Below are positions 25,832 to 35,610 of a stretch of DNA of 64,000 nucleotides, one piece after another. The notes below the pieces were generated by a model. It was given only the letters and a program-made list of their open reading frames with translations, made no database searches and was not told where the DNA came from. The number at the start of each line of letters is the position of its first letter. Positions within the stretch are counted from its first letter, which is position 1. The stretch is from assembly GCA_041744215.1 (NCBI GenBank), contig JBGTLG010000032.1, positions 32,001 through 96,000 on the forward strand. The letters run 5' to 3'. The stretch is from Fimbriimonadales bacterium. Lineage in GTDB: Bacteria > Armatimonadota > Fimbriimonadia > Fimbriimonadales > ATM1. Position numbers and translations under genes: made by a program.

Positions 25832-27313
25832 TTAGTGCATTTGGAACTCTGGTGCCGAAAACAGGAGTAACGTTACCGCGCCAACCATCTTCGATGCTGA
25901 GAGCTTGTCCCTAAGCGCCCCCAATCCGCCGTTCTTCTCGCATGCTTCATACATAGGCTTCAGCTTGTCCGCAGAAATCTTCGCGTCAAGCAAATCGCAG
26001 ATACCGTCGACAAACTGAACTGGTGTGGTGGGTCGATACTCGAGCAAGACGCGCGTCCCCAATCCCTGGCCACCGTCTTTCGACTCGTTGGCCTCGCCAA
26101 AAAGCAGCGATGCGAGGTTGATGCGCTGCGTCATCGAGTCACTGCTGATCCAGTTGTTTCCCCAATTCCATCCACCAACGTCGGGTGGGTACAGCAGCAA
26201 CATTCCCTGTCCGTTCATCAAAAAGACGACGCCTCCGCTTATGTCTCTAAGGAGCTTCGGCAGCGGAGTCGTTCGCGTCGCATCAGCCCTCCGCACGGAG
26301 ACCAGAAGCGTTCCGAGATCAATCTGCCGTGTGAGAGAAACTGTAAAGTCGACCGGACTTTTCACCTTCGAACGAACGCACCTTTCAGAGTAGAACTCCG
26401 GCGACCGCGCGATAGAAAGCAGAACCTGTTTGATGTCACCATCCGTCTCTCCAAACACTTTCGCGAGCCTCTCAACAACTGATGGCTCTGGATTTTCATA
26501 AGCGAAAAATTCCCACAATTTCTTGCAGATGTGCCGAGCGGTTTCTGGCCGTGCAGACAGCATCTCCAGTAGCGAGTCGCCATCGTAGTTCGCAGTTTGT
26601 CCCAATACTGTCTTTTTGCCGTCGTCGTGTAACTCGGGGCTGTTTGCGAACACGACTGGCATTCGATCCTCAGTGATGAAGCGACGCATCGTAGGTTGCA
26701 GATTTTCGCCCCCTTGCTCGAAGACTAAGTAACGAATTCCCCAGCCTGTAAACGCTCTCGCTGCTTCTTTGATGTCGGCTTCTGAATACGCTCCCTTCCC
26801 AACCGTAAACAGCTCTAACAGCTCGCGAGAGAAGTTCTCATTTGGATTCCCGGAAAAACTCTGATCAGTATCTAGATAGCGGATCATCGCAGGTTCCTTG
26901 CTTACTGCTTTCAACAAGGTTGCGAATCTTCCGCTTGCGTTGTCACGCAGCGCGTTGAGGTACTTCAACATCATCGGGCCAAACTCGACCTTCTGCGCAC
27001 TCACTGCAAAGTGATCGTGCCAAAAGAGCGCCAGTTTCTCTTGCAATGGCCGCTTTGTAATCATCATCCGAAGCGCCCACCAAGCGGCCGGCCGGAATGG
27101 ATCCAGGTACACCTCATCCGTCCCATCCTCAAAGCAGTACTCCCACGGGCTCACAGGGAACCCCTCGTCGACCTTGCCGTAGTCGATCAAGCGGTTGACC
27201 GCTCCGTCCCGCCCGAGCGGGATGAACTCCTTCAGTTCCGTTCGCGACGCGCCGAGCCCGAAACGGCGAAGCAGGTGACGGATGCTCTCTTCTTCGTTCA
27301 TTCCCATCTGCAT
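25832..27313 (-). CDS. DUF1800 family protein
   Basis: HLLRRFGLG, LQEKLALFWHDHF, PAMIRYLD, PNENFSRELLELFTVG, ARAFTGW, PPDVGGW. Start could be 27307 or 27301. Confidence 0.93.
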   Translation of the reverse strand: MQMGMNEEESIRHLLRRFGLGASRTELKEFIPLGRDGAVNRLIDYGKVDEGFPVSPWEYCFEDGTDEVYLDPFRPAAWWALRMMITKRPLQEKLALFWHDHFAVSAQKVEFGPMMLKYLNALRDNASGRFATLLKAVSKEPAMIRYLDTDQSFSGNPNENFSRELLELFTVGKGAYSEADIKEAARAFTGWGIRYLVFEQGGENLQPTMRRFITEDRMPVVFANSPELHDDGKKTVLGQTANYDGDSLLEMLSARPETARHICKKLWEFFAYENPEPSVVERLAKVFGETDGDIKQVLLSIARSPEFYSERCVRSKVKSPVDFTVSLTRQIDLGTLLVSVRRADATRTTPLPKLLRDISGGVVFLMNGQGMLLLYPPDVGGWNWGNNWISSDSMTQRINLASLLFGEANESKDGGQGLGTRVLLEYRPTTPVQFVDGICDLLDAKISADKLKPMYEACEKNGGLGALRDKLSASKMVGAVTLLLFSAPEFQMH

Positions 27314-27417
27314 TGTAATCCCAATCGCGAACGGGCGTCATCAACGCGACAAGATTGGGCCCATTGCCCCAGCAGCATCGGCATTGTCACGCTACGGGCA
27401 TTCGTCATACTCACCCT

Positions 27418-28314
27418 GTGCGGCCGTCTGCGTTCAGTTTGCCCCTCTTGCTCACGGTGCTCGCCTGGGGCTTTAACTTCGTTGCGCTCAAGCTTGTTTA
27501 CGAGCAAGTGAGCCCTGCGGCGACATCGCTGATACGCTTTGTCATCACATTCGCGGCGATGATTCCGCTTTGCCTGCTCTTGAAAGAGTCACTCAGGTAC
27601 CCAAAAGGCGAAGCAGTGCGGTTCCTCTGGCTCGGCTTTGTTGCGATGGGTGCGTACATGATCTTGTTTCTTGAGGGCCTCGCGCGAACAACGCCCGCGG
27701 ACTCAGCGATCATCCTCGCGACTGCGCCGATCTTCACCTATTTTTTTGCGATTGCCGCTAAGCAGGAGTTCTTCAGCTTTCGAGCGTTTCTTGGTTCGCT
27801 CGTCGCATTTGCTGGCGTCGGCATTGTCATACTTGGAGCTGGAGCTGGCGCCGGCGGGACGTTGCTGGGCAACTCGCTCACGCTGCTGTCAAGCTTGGTG
27901 TGGGCTTACAGCGCTGTGTTTAGCAGACCACTCATGCAGGCCTACTCGCCTGCTCGCGTGTTCACGCTTGCGATGCCAGGATCGCTGCTCGCCTTGCTAC
28001 CCTATGGCGCGTATGCTGTGTATCAAACTGATTTCGCTTCGCTGACTCCGACAACGTGGGGAATGATGTTGCATGTCGCGCTTCTTGCTGGAGCGCTCGG
28101 ATTTACAGGGTTTTACATAGGTGTGCGCCAGGTTGGAGCGGCGGGCGCGATGCTGTATCAGTTCCTCGTTCCTCCGATCGCAATGCTATCTGCGGCCGCG
28201 CTGCTTGACAAGCACATCACAGCGATACAAGTGGCTGGATTTGCGCTCGTTGTCGTTGGCGTTATCTGGGCAACTCGAGCGCGACACAAAGCGGACGCGG
28301 CGCCAGCGCCGTAA
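27418..28314 (+). CDS. DMT/EamA family transporter
   Basis: About 10 TM, WGFNFVALK, two EamA repeats; GTG start chosen at 27418. Confidence 0.9.
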   Translation: MRPSAFSLPLLLTVLAWGFNFVALKLVYEQVSPAATSLIRFVITFAAMIPLCLLLKESLRYPKGEAVRFLWLGFVAMGAYMILFLEGLARTTPADSAIILATAPIFTYFFAIAAKQEFFSFRAFLGSLVAFAGVGIVILGAGAGAGGTLLGNSLTLLSSLVWAYSAVFSRPLMQAYSPARVFTLAMPGSLLALLPYGAYAVYQTDFASLTPTTWGMMLHVALLAGALGFTGFYIGVRQVGAAGAMLYQFLVPPIAMLSAAALLDKHITAIQVAGFALVVVGVIWATRARHKADAAPAP

Positions 28315-29400
28315 CTACGCTATCGAAATGTCGTCGCAAAGATAAACGTCTTGTATCGCGTTCAGAATTTCGACGCCATCTTCCATCGGCCGCTGGAACG
28401 CCTTGCGACCAGAGATCAGGCCCATTCCACCAGCCCGCTTATTGATCACAGCGGTCGTAACTGCATCCTTCAAATCGTTGTCTCCGCTTGCGCCGCCCGA
28501 GTTAATCAGCCCAGCGCGACCCATATAGCAGTTCGCAACCTGATACCTGCAAAGGTCAATTGGATGATCGCTTGTCAATTCTGAGTAAATGCGCTTGTCA
28601 GTTTTGCCGTAGCTACTCCCTTCCATGTTCAGCGCAAGATAACCACCATTGTTCTCCGGGAGTTTCTGTTTGATGATGTCTGCTTCGATCGTCACTCCGA
28701 GGTGATTTGCCTGCCCTGTCAAATCCGCCGCGACATGGTAATCCGTGTCGCTCTTGAATTCCGAATTGCGAAGGTAACACCATAAAACGGTCGCCATCCC
28801 GAGATCGTGCGCATGGTGAAACGCCTGGCTAACTTCGAAGATCTGCCGCCCACTCTCTTCGCTGCCAAAGTAAATGGTAGCGCCCACTGCTGCTGCGCCC
28901 ATGTCCCACGCCTGCTCCACACTCGCGAACATGATTTGATCGAACTTGTTCGGATACGTGAGCAGCTCGTTGTGATTCAGTTTTACGATGAAAGGAATCT
29001 TGTGCGCGTACTTCCTGGCGCATGCTCCCAAACCACCGAGCGTCGACGCAACCGCATTGCAGCCGCCTTCGATCGCAAGCCGCACAACGTTTTCGGGGTC
29101 GAAGTAGATGGGATTCTTTGCAAAGCTCGCGCCAGCGCTGTGCTCGATACCTTGATCGACGGGAAGGATGCTCACGTATCCCGTTCCGGCAAGCCTTCCG
29201 TGGTCGACAATCTGCTGAAGACTGCGCATAACCTGCGGTCCGCGATCGGAACAAGACACGACACGGTCGACAAAATCCGCCCCCGGCAGATGGAGCAAAT
29301 CCCGGGCAATTGTCCTGCACTCATGGCGAAGCAGGTTTTCAGAGTCTGCCCCGAGGATTTCGGCAATGCGGTCGATTTCTCTTTGTGCGGCAATGGACAT
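28315..29400 (-). CDS. fbaB: Class I fructose-bisphosphate aldolase (DhnA/FbaB)
   Basis: [35 protein letters not shown]. Confidence 0.96.
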   Translation of the reverse strand: MSIAAQREIDRIAEILGADSENLLRHECRTIARDLLHLPGADFVDRVVSCSDRGPQVMRSLQQIVDHGRLAGTGYVSILPVDQGIEHSAGASFAKNPIYFDPENVVRLAIEGGCNAVASTLGGLGACARKYAHKIPFIVKLNHNELLTYPNKFDQIMFASVEQAWDMGAAAVGATIYFGSEESGRQIFEVSQAFHHAHDLGMATVLWCYLRNSEFKSDTDYHVAADLTGQANHLGVTIEADIIKQKLPENNGGYLALNMEGSSYGKTDKRIYSELTSDHPIDLCRYQVANCYMGRAGLINSGGASGDNDLKDAVTTAVINKRAGGMGLISGRKAFQRPMEDGVEILNAIQDVYLCDDISIA

Positions 29401-29446
29401 GTTTCAGTTTCCTGCGCTATTTTGACAGCATCGCGGCTTCTCCTGG

Positions 29447-30232
29447 CTAACGCCCGGAGTCGTTCGTGCGGGTGTCCTCCAAGTTGGTAGCCGAAGCAGC
29501 CGTCGGACCCGTCGTTAGATCCCGCGCCAGCCTGAGAACGCGGAACGACTCTACTTTCACAACCACCGGTCTCGTCTTCGCCGTGACGGCCAGGGAAGCC
29601 GCTACGTTTTCCTTGTCGGCCCAATCCTCCGATGAATGCACGGTGCCGACGATCTCGACCTCGCAAGTCTTCGCAATCTGCCGATACCTCGCCATAACTT
29701 TGTCTGCAACCGCCTTGAGTTCAGATCGCTTTGGGATGATGAGCACAAGCGGCGTCTCACCGACCGCATCGTATTCGGCGGTCATCGCGTTTTCCCGAAA
29801 GTGAGCCCAAGCTTTCGTCGCGCCCTCCCTCTCGATGGCCGCGACCTGTGCGCTCCACGCGTTGACGCCGTTCTGCAAGCGCGTATACGCCTCCACATCT
29901 GCGGCGCTGGCCCTGCCATCCGGATCACCTTCCAGCGACTTTGAAATCTCGTCCATCTCGTCATGGTCAGCAAAGAACGCCACCCAGTCCAGCGAGGCGT
30001 TTGGCGTGAGAACCAGCAGATAGGAGCCGCCAACTTTGTAGCTCTCGCCCTCCCCAAGCAGCCAGCCGGTCGTCGTCACTTTGGAATCGATCGACGACTC
30101 GAGCGATGCATATGGAGTGACCAAGGCATCTCCGGTGGTGCCTGTCGCCTCCGTGCCACCCCTCTGACAACCACCGAGGAGGAGTCCAAGCGACAAGCAA
30201 CTGACCGTCAGTCTATTCATTAGGCTCATCAT
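29447..30232 (-). CDS. Hypothetical lipoprotein
   Basis: Lipobox LLGGC; lies between same-strand plsC and fbaB. Start uncertain (30244, 30232 or 30220). Confidence 0.7.
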   Translation of the reverse strand: MMSLMNRLTVSCLSLGLLLGGCQRGGTEATGTTGDALVTPYASLESSIDSKVTTTGWLLGEGESYKVGGSYLLVLTPNASLDWVAFFADHDEMDEISKSLEGDPDGRASAADVEAYTRLQNGVNAWSAQVAAIEREGATKAWAHFRENAMTAEYDAVGETPLVLIIPKRSELKAVADKVMARYRQIAKTCEVEIVGTVHSSEDWADKENVAASLAVTAKTRPVVVKVESFRVLRLARDLTTGPTAASATNLEDTRTNDSGR

Positions 30233-30246
30233 GAAGCGAACCACCG

Positions 30247-30861
30247 CTACTTAGCAAGGTCGGCATAGCCACCGAGTTCATAGAGTTGACTCCGAATCCA
30301 CTCAAGGATGACCTCGTCCGGCTCGTCGACGAACGTGCGGGGCGGCCCAAACCGGACGGACACGCCTCCGAAGGCGGGTCTCGGGATCACCTTGGAAAAC
30401 GGCAGGATTCGCCGCGTACCCCGAATTCCCGCACAAATCACCGGCGCACCCGCCTTCCGAATGATCATCGAAGCTCCCGCAAGGATAGGGAGCGGATTTC
30501 CGTCCTCGCTAATTTCGCCCTCTGGGAACATGGCCACACAGTCTCCACGAGTCAGATGCTCGATCGCCGTGCGGATTGCAGTGCGGTCGGCCGTGCCGCG
30601 CCGAACCGGGAACGCACCGACGGCTTTGATCAGTGGCCCGATCACCCGCATCTGAAAGAGTTCAGACTTCGCCATGAAGTGCGCTCGCCGCGGTATCGCG
30701 TGACCCAGGGCTGGCGGATCCGCATCGCTGATGTGGTTGGCCAAGATCAGCACGGCTCCCGTCCGCGGGACATTCTCGCGGCCAAAAACGCGCACCGGAC
30801 CGAAGAGAAACATCACGATGGCCGCGAGTATCTTCGCCAACCGCCAGACCACTCTCGACAT
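30247..30861 (-). CDS. plsC: 1-acyl-sn-glycerol-3-phosphate acyltransferase
   Basis: NHISDAD (HxxxxD), FMAKSELF, FPVRR, FPEG. Confidence 0.92.
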   Translation of the reverse strand: MSRVVWRLAKILAAIVMFLFGPVRVFGRENVPRTGAVLILANHISDADPPALGHAIPRRAHFMAKSELFQMRVIGPLIKAVGAFPVRRGTADRTAIRTAIEHLTRGDCVAMFPEGEISEDGNPLPILAGASMIIRKAGAPVICAGIRGTRRILPFSKVIPRPAFGGVSVRFGPPRTFVDEPDEVILEWIRSQLYELGGYADLAK

Positions 30862-30996
30862 CGCCGGTAGTTTAGCGCGGTGCAGACATACAGAATTTTT
30901 GCGGGGTTTTTCCCCGTGAAAGTGCGGAAAGGTGTCTCAGGGCGTGTACACCCAACAAACGCGGGCGGGGTGCGTGTGGATAGGGACTTAGCGAGG

Positions 30997-31926
30997 ATGA
31001 TGAAGCGGGAAAACTCAAGCGAGCCCCCGCACCTGGATGACTCAATGACCGGGGACGGGGCGCAGAAACTGCGCATCCTATTCAATAGGATTAGCGCGCT
31101 TCCGCGCCTCAACGACGCTGCAGTGAAGCTCGTGCGCTTGCTCGAAAACGACGCAGCGCCCATCCATCAGCTCGAGTTGATTATCTCCAGCGATCCAGCA
31201 TTGGCCACAAAAGTCTTGCGCACAGCGTCGATGCTGCTCGATATCCCTTACTCGCGACGTCAGCTCTCGATTGCAAGCGCAGTCATGCTGCTCGGCATTC
31301 GGAGCACACGTGCCGTCGCGCTGTCGTTGGCAATCAACTCGACGCTTCTTTCTTCGAGGAGAACACCATTCTTCGAACCGCGTCGATTTGTCCGTCACAA
31401 TCTATATGTCGCATTCTCCGCGGCGAACGTTTACCGTAGAATTCAAGTTGACAGATTTCCCGACGCGAAGTGGTCACCTGACGAAGTCTTCGCTGCGGGT
31501 TTGCTTTACAACTTGGGCGTTCCCATTCACTATCACGTTCATCAAGAACTGTTCAATTTCGTCGCACACCAAGCGCAAGACGAATCACTTACGTTTAACG
31601 ATATGTTTAGAAAGACCTACGGCGAGACGTTAGGCAGTCTTGCTGCGGAAACTGCTCGACTCTGGGAGTTGCCCACTCTGTTCGGCAACGTGATGCGTCA
31701 GGTCGAACAGCCGATAACGCTGAGTGAAGCATCACTGCCTGCGATTTGCGTACGCTATGGACGGTTCTTGGCACATGAATCGGGCTTTCTTGAGCTGCCC
31801 TGGGAAGCGCGTGACCAGAACGCTGACGAGATCGTTCAGTCAATCTCGTTCGACGCGGACCTGGTTCCCGTCGTTCACGAAACCGTCGCGCGCCAAGTTT
31901 CGTCGTACGAGCGCATCGCGGCGTAA
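30997..31926 (+). CDS. HDOD domain protein
   Basis: LPRL...IISSDPALATKVLR...SIASAVMLLG; FAAGLLYNLG; LWELP. Start uncertain. Confidence 0.85.
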   Translation: MMKRENSSEPPHLDDSMTGDGAQKLRILFNRISALPRLNDAAVKLVRLLENDAAPIHQLELIISSDPALATKVLRTASMLLDIPYSRRQLSIASAVMLLGIRSTRAVALSLAINSTLLSSRRTPFFEPRRFVRHNLYVAFSAANVYRRIQVDRFPDAKWSPDEVFAAGLLYNLGVPIHYHVHQELFNFVAHQAQDESLTFNDMFRKTYGETLGSLAAETARLWELPTLFGNVMRQVEQPITLSEASLPAICVRYGRFLAHESGFLELPWEARDQNADEIVQSISFDADLVPVVHETVARQVSSYERIAA

Positions 31927-32065
31927 TCGCTCCCTCGGTTGCCCGACCGCCCTCCCCCTTCGCCGGCCAGAGAAGCCCCTACGGGAGCCCACACCCACCA
32001 AACAAGAGTCACCCAAGTCAACCATCCCCCGGCCAACGTGCGTCTAACCATAATAGAGATCGGAG

Positions 32066-33649
32066 ATGAGCGCTCACTCTGGCACACTCGGCAAATACCA
32101 GATCATCCGGGAAATCGCGCGCAGCAACGACATTGTCTACGAGGCGTGGGACCCCCTGGTGAACCGTCGTGTCGCCCTGAAGGAGCTGAATATGCCCGGC
32201 GCCCCGACCGACAAGCAGCGGGAGGATCGGATCAAGAGGTTCGAGCGCGAGGCGCGGGCGGCAGGCACGTTGGCCCACGCAAACATCGTGACCATATACG
32301 AAGTCGGTGTCGACAACGGTCGACACTACATCGCGATGGAGTATCTGGAAGGAGAAAACCTCCGAAATCGACTCGATGCGCAAGGAATGTTGGGGCAAGA
32401 TGACGCAGTCAAGATCATGCTCGAAGTTCTTGATGGACTTGCTTATGCACACGAGAAAGGAATCGTGCACCGCGACATAAAGCCAGATAACATTCAGCTG
32501 CTCTCAGACGGCCGCGTCAAGATTACGGACTTTGGAATTGCTCGATTGACGTTTGAGCCAAGCCTTACGATGGACGGCCAAATCTTTGGCACACCAAGTT
32601 ATATGTCGCCGGAGCAGGTACATGGACGCGATGTCGATCCGAGAACTGATGTTTGGTCTGCCGGTGTTGTGCTGTACGAAGCGATCTGCGGCACGAAACC
32701 GTTTTCCGGTGACAGCGTTGTTTCGATTTCGCACGCGATTCTGCATAACGAGCCACCCGATCCAACGGGTGCAAGCTTTGCCATCTCGCGAGTCATCAGG
32801 ACGGCAATCGATAAGTCGCCGACCGCACGATTCTCGACCGCGAGGGCCATGGCAAAAGCGCTCAGAGAAGCCATTGAGGAACTGAAGAACTCTCCCGCAC
32901 AGAATGTCGCAGGCACGCCACCAGCCTTCGATCCCTATAACTCTTCACCCCAAACTGGAACTTACGACCCTTATGTCGGTTCCGCGCCACCGGTGCAGTA
33001 TGCGCCGCCCGGTGCTTCTCCATACTCCGCGCCGCAGGGGAATGCGTACGGACAGCCTTACGGCCAAGCTCAACCGCAGTATGGCCAGATCTATGGGACG
33101 CCAAGTGCGCCGCCAAACACGTTCCCTCCAAACTGGGTTGCTCCACCGAAGCGCCCACTGCTGTCACCCGAATCATCCGAATTCTTGCGAAAAACAATGG
33201 TCGTCGTTCTGATTGGCGGCGCAATCATTACGATTCTGTTTGCGATCGTTTGGGCACTGACTGAGGTTGTCGACAAAGAGCGATCTGCCCCCATCCAAAC
33301 TTCATCTGCAACCGACATCCCACAAGGCATATCGCCTGACGGATGGCAGCAGATCGATGAGTACTTGACGCGCGCAATGACGAGTGGAGATTCAAACACT
33401 CGACTCGAAAATCTGCGGATTGCGAAGCAGGAAGCGCTAGGGATTTTGATGCGCGTCGAAGGGACGGAGCAAGAAATGCCGACTCGCATTCGCGTCGCGA
33501 GAATCACAATGGACTATGGCAGTGAACTTGAGGGCATTGGCAGACTCGCGCAAGCAAGAAGCCAGTTTGAGGAAGCAGAAAGGATCGCTCCGCCCGGCAG
33601 CGAAGAAGAACTGTTGGCGCGAACCTTGCTGCGCCTATTGCCGCGTTAG
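32066..33649 (+). CDS. Membrane-anchored Hanks-type Ser/Thr protein kinase
   Basis: VALKEL, HRDIKPDN, DFG, GTPSYMSPE, DVWSAG; Pro/Tyr/Gln-rich linker, one TM, helical C-terminus. Confidence 0.95.
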   Translation: MSAHSGTLGKYQIIREIARSNDIVYEAWDPLVNRRVALKELNMPGAPTDKQREDRIKRFEREARAAGTLAHANIVTIYEVGVDNGRHYIAMEYLEGENLRNRLDAQGMLGQDDAVKIMLEVLDGLAYAHEKGIVHRDIKPDNIQLLSDGRVKITDFGIARLTFEPSLTMDGQIFGTPSYMSPEQVHGRDVDPRTDVWSAGVVLYEAICGTKPFSGDSVVSISHAILHNEPPDPTGASFAISRVIRTAIDKSPTARFSTARAMAKALREAIEELKNSPAQNVAGTPPAFDPYNSSPQTGTYDPYVGSAPPVQYAPPGASPYSAPQGNAYGQPYGQAQPQYGQIYGTPSAPPNTFPPNWVAPPKRPLLSPESSEFLRKTMVVVLIGGAIITILFAIVWALTEVVDKERSAPIQTSSATDIPQGISPDGWQQIDEYLTRAMTSGDSNTRLENLRIAKQEALGILMRVEGTEQEMPTRIRVARITMDYGSELEGIGRLAQARSQFEEAERIAPPGSEEELLARTLLRLLPR

Positions 33650-33686
33650 GTTGCTGGTAGACTCCTCTTGATCCGGAGACTTTCAA

Positions 33687-35189
33687 TTGGCTGATCCCAT
33701 CTTTCTCGGCTTGGGCGAGTCGCCCGTCTATCTGCTTCCAAAGTATGCGAATCGTCACGGATTGGTCACCGGAGCAACGGGGACCGGAAAGACGGTCACT
33801 CTTCAGGTTCTCGCGGAGGCATTTTCGTGCAGAGGAGTCCCCGTCTTCCTTGCGGACATCAAGGGCGATTTGACGGGAATCTGCCAGCAAGGCGGGGGGA
33901 ACGCAAAGCTCGAGGAGCGCGCCGCCCAGATTGGACTGTCGCCCTACGAATACTCCGGATTTCCAGTCATTTGGTGGGACCTCTTCGGTGAAAAGGGGCA
34001 TCCGATACGATCGACGGTGTCTGAGATGGGACCTCTACTATTGTCGAGACTGCTCAATCTCAATGATGTGCAAGAAGGCGTCGTGAACATCGCCTTCAAG
34101 TACGCAGACGACAATGGACTGCTTCTACTCGACCTCAAAGATCTGCGCGCCTTGATGACACACGTCGCTGAGAACGCGCAACAGATTCAGCGCGAGTACG
34201 GCAACGTATCATCGACAAGTGTAGGTGCGGTTCAAAGGTCGCTATTAGTATTGGAGCAGCAAGGCGGCGAGATGTTCTTTGGTGAACCTGCACTTGACCT
34301 CTACGACTTTCAGCGCGTCGCGCCAGACGGCAGGGGATTCATCAACATACTCGCCGCAGACAAGTTGATGAACAATCCGAGGCTCTACTCGACATTTTTA
34401 TTGTGGTTGCTTTCGGAACTGTTTGAAACGATGCCTGAGGTTGGCGACCTTGCACAACCGAAACTGGTTTTCTTTTTCGACGAGGCACACCTCCTCTTCA
34501 ATGACGCGCCAAAGGCTCTAGTCGAGAAAATCGAGCAGGTCGTTCGACTGATTCGGTCAAAGGGAGTAGGCGTCTACTTCGTAACGCAGAACCCCATCGA
34601 CGTGCCTGACACCGTTTTGGCACAACTCGGCAACCGAGTCCAGCACGCACTCAGAGCGTTCACCCCGCGTGATCAACGCGCTGTTCGAGTTGCGGCAGAG
34701 ACTTTCCGGCCAAATCCGAAATTCGCAACTGATCAAGTCATCACCGAGTTGAAAGTTGGAGAGGCTTTGGTGTCCTGCCTTGAAGATGGAGGTGCACCGA
34801 TGGTCGTGGAGCGAACGCTAATCAGACCGCCCGCATCGCGCCTGGGTCCAGGTGACGCTGACGCGGTCGCAGCTGCTAGGAAGTCGAGTCCTTTCGGTGG
34901 GCGATACGATACGGCCATAGATCGCCACTCAGCCTATGAGATGTTGCGCGAAGCAGCGGAGAAGAAGTCCGTCCATACGGAAGCTGAAGCCAGAAAGCAA
35001 GCTGCGGAGAAAGAACGCACCGCGAGAGAGAAGCAGACTGCAAAAAAAGCGACTCGCGCACCCAAGCGGCGGAGTGACAGCGTGGCAGAGGCAACGGCAA
35101 AAAGTGTTTTGCGTAGCGCAGGTTCACAGCTTGGACGTCAACTCGTCCGTGGCATCCTGGGAGGGTTGTTTGGCGGAAAGAAGCGCTAG
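33687..35189 (+). CDS. DUF853 / YjgR family HerA-like ATPase
   Basis: [50 protein letters not shown]. Confidence 0.95.
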   Translation: MADPIFLGLGESPVYLLPKYANRHGLVTGATGTGKTVTLQVLAEAFSCRGVPVFLADIKGDLTGICQQGGGNAKLEERAAQIGLSPYEYSGFPVIWWDLFGEKGHPIRSTVSEMGPLLLSRLLNLNDVQEGVVNIAFKYADDNGLLLLDLKDLRALMTHVAENAQQIQREYGNVSSTSVGAVQRSLLVLEQQGGEMFFGEPALDLYDFQRVAPDGRGFINILAADKLMNNPRLYSTFLLWLLSELFETMPEVGDLAQPKLVFFFDEAHLLFNDAPKALVEKIEQVVRLIRSKGVGVYFVTQNPIDVPDTVLAQLGNRVQHALRAFTPRDQRAVRVAAETFRPNPKFATDQVITELKVGEALVSCLEDGGAPMVVERTLIRPPASRLGPGDADAVAAARKSSPFGGRYDTAIDRHSAYEMLREAAEKKSVHTEAEARKQAAEKERTAREKQTAKKATRAPKRRSDSVAEATAKSVLRSAGSQLGRQLVRGILGGLFGGKKR

Positions 35190-35377
35190 TCCTTTTCGCC
35201 GCCCATCATTCCCTGCAGCTTATCGCCGAGGCCTCCCGGGAGATTATCAATCAGACCCGTCTTGCCCAACAGCATTGGAATCTTATCCGCGTTCTCTTGG
35301 AGAAACTCAACCACCTTCGCAGCCGTCGCTTCGTCGATGCCCACTTTCTCAGCCATCTGTTTTATCAAGTCGTTCAT
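35186..35377 (-). CDS. Small hypothetical protein
   Basis: 63 aa, ATGA overlap with upstream gene, SD GAGG; helical [16 protein letters not shown]. Confidence 0.75.
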   Translation of the reverse strand: MNDLIKQMAEKVGIDEATAAKVVEFLQENADKIPMLLGKTGLIDNLPGGLGDKLQGMMGGEKD

Positions 35378-35610
35378 TTCTGTTCCTCAGAGGCCCGCGA
35401 CGATTGGTTCGTGCCTTCGCGCCGTTTGACCTCTCCGTACCATCCCAACAACATTAGCACAACGCCAAGCCCAAGTGTGAACGGAAGTACAAACTCGATT
35501 GCGCTGACGATATATTTACCAGCCCAAAGCGCACCAGACACCAGGGCGATGAGGAACCCGTAGCGAATCAGCCACGGCCATTTCCGAACAGATTTCTCTG
35601 CGTGGCTCAA
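35374..35610 (-). CDS. Small 2-TM membrane protein
   Basis: TTGA overlap with the tricorn gene stop; two hydrophobic helices. Confidence 0.7.
   Translation of the reverse strand: MSHAEKSVRKWPWLIRYGFLIALVSGALWAGKYIVSAIEFVLPFTLGLGVVLMLLGWYGEVKRREGTNQSSRASEEQK

Noticed and set aside
28807-29490. 227-aa ORF on the + strand
   Set aside because: Antisense to fbaB.
33687-35189. HerA-like ATPase as a possible anti-phage defence system
   Set aside because: Motifs fit the widespread DUF853/YjgR family, and no nuclease or SIR2 partner is adjacent.
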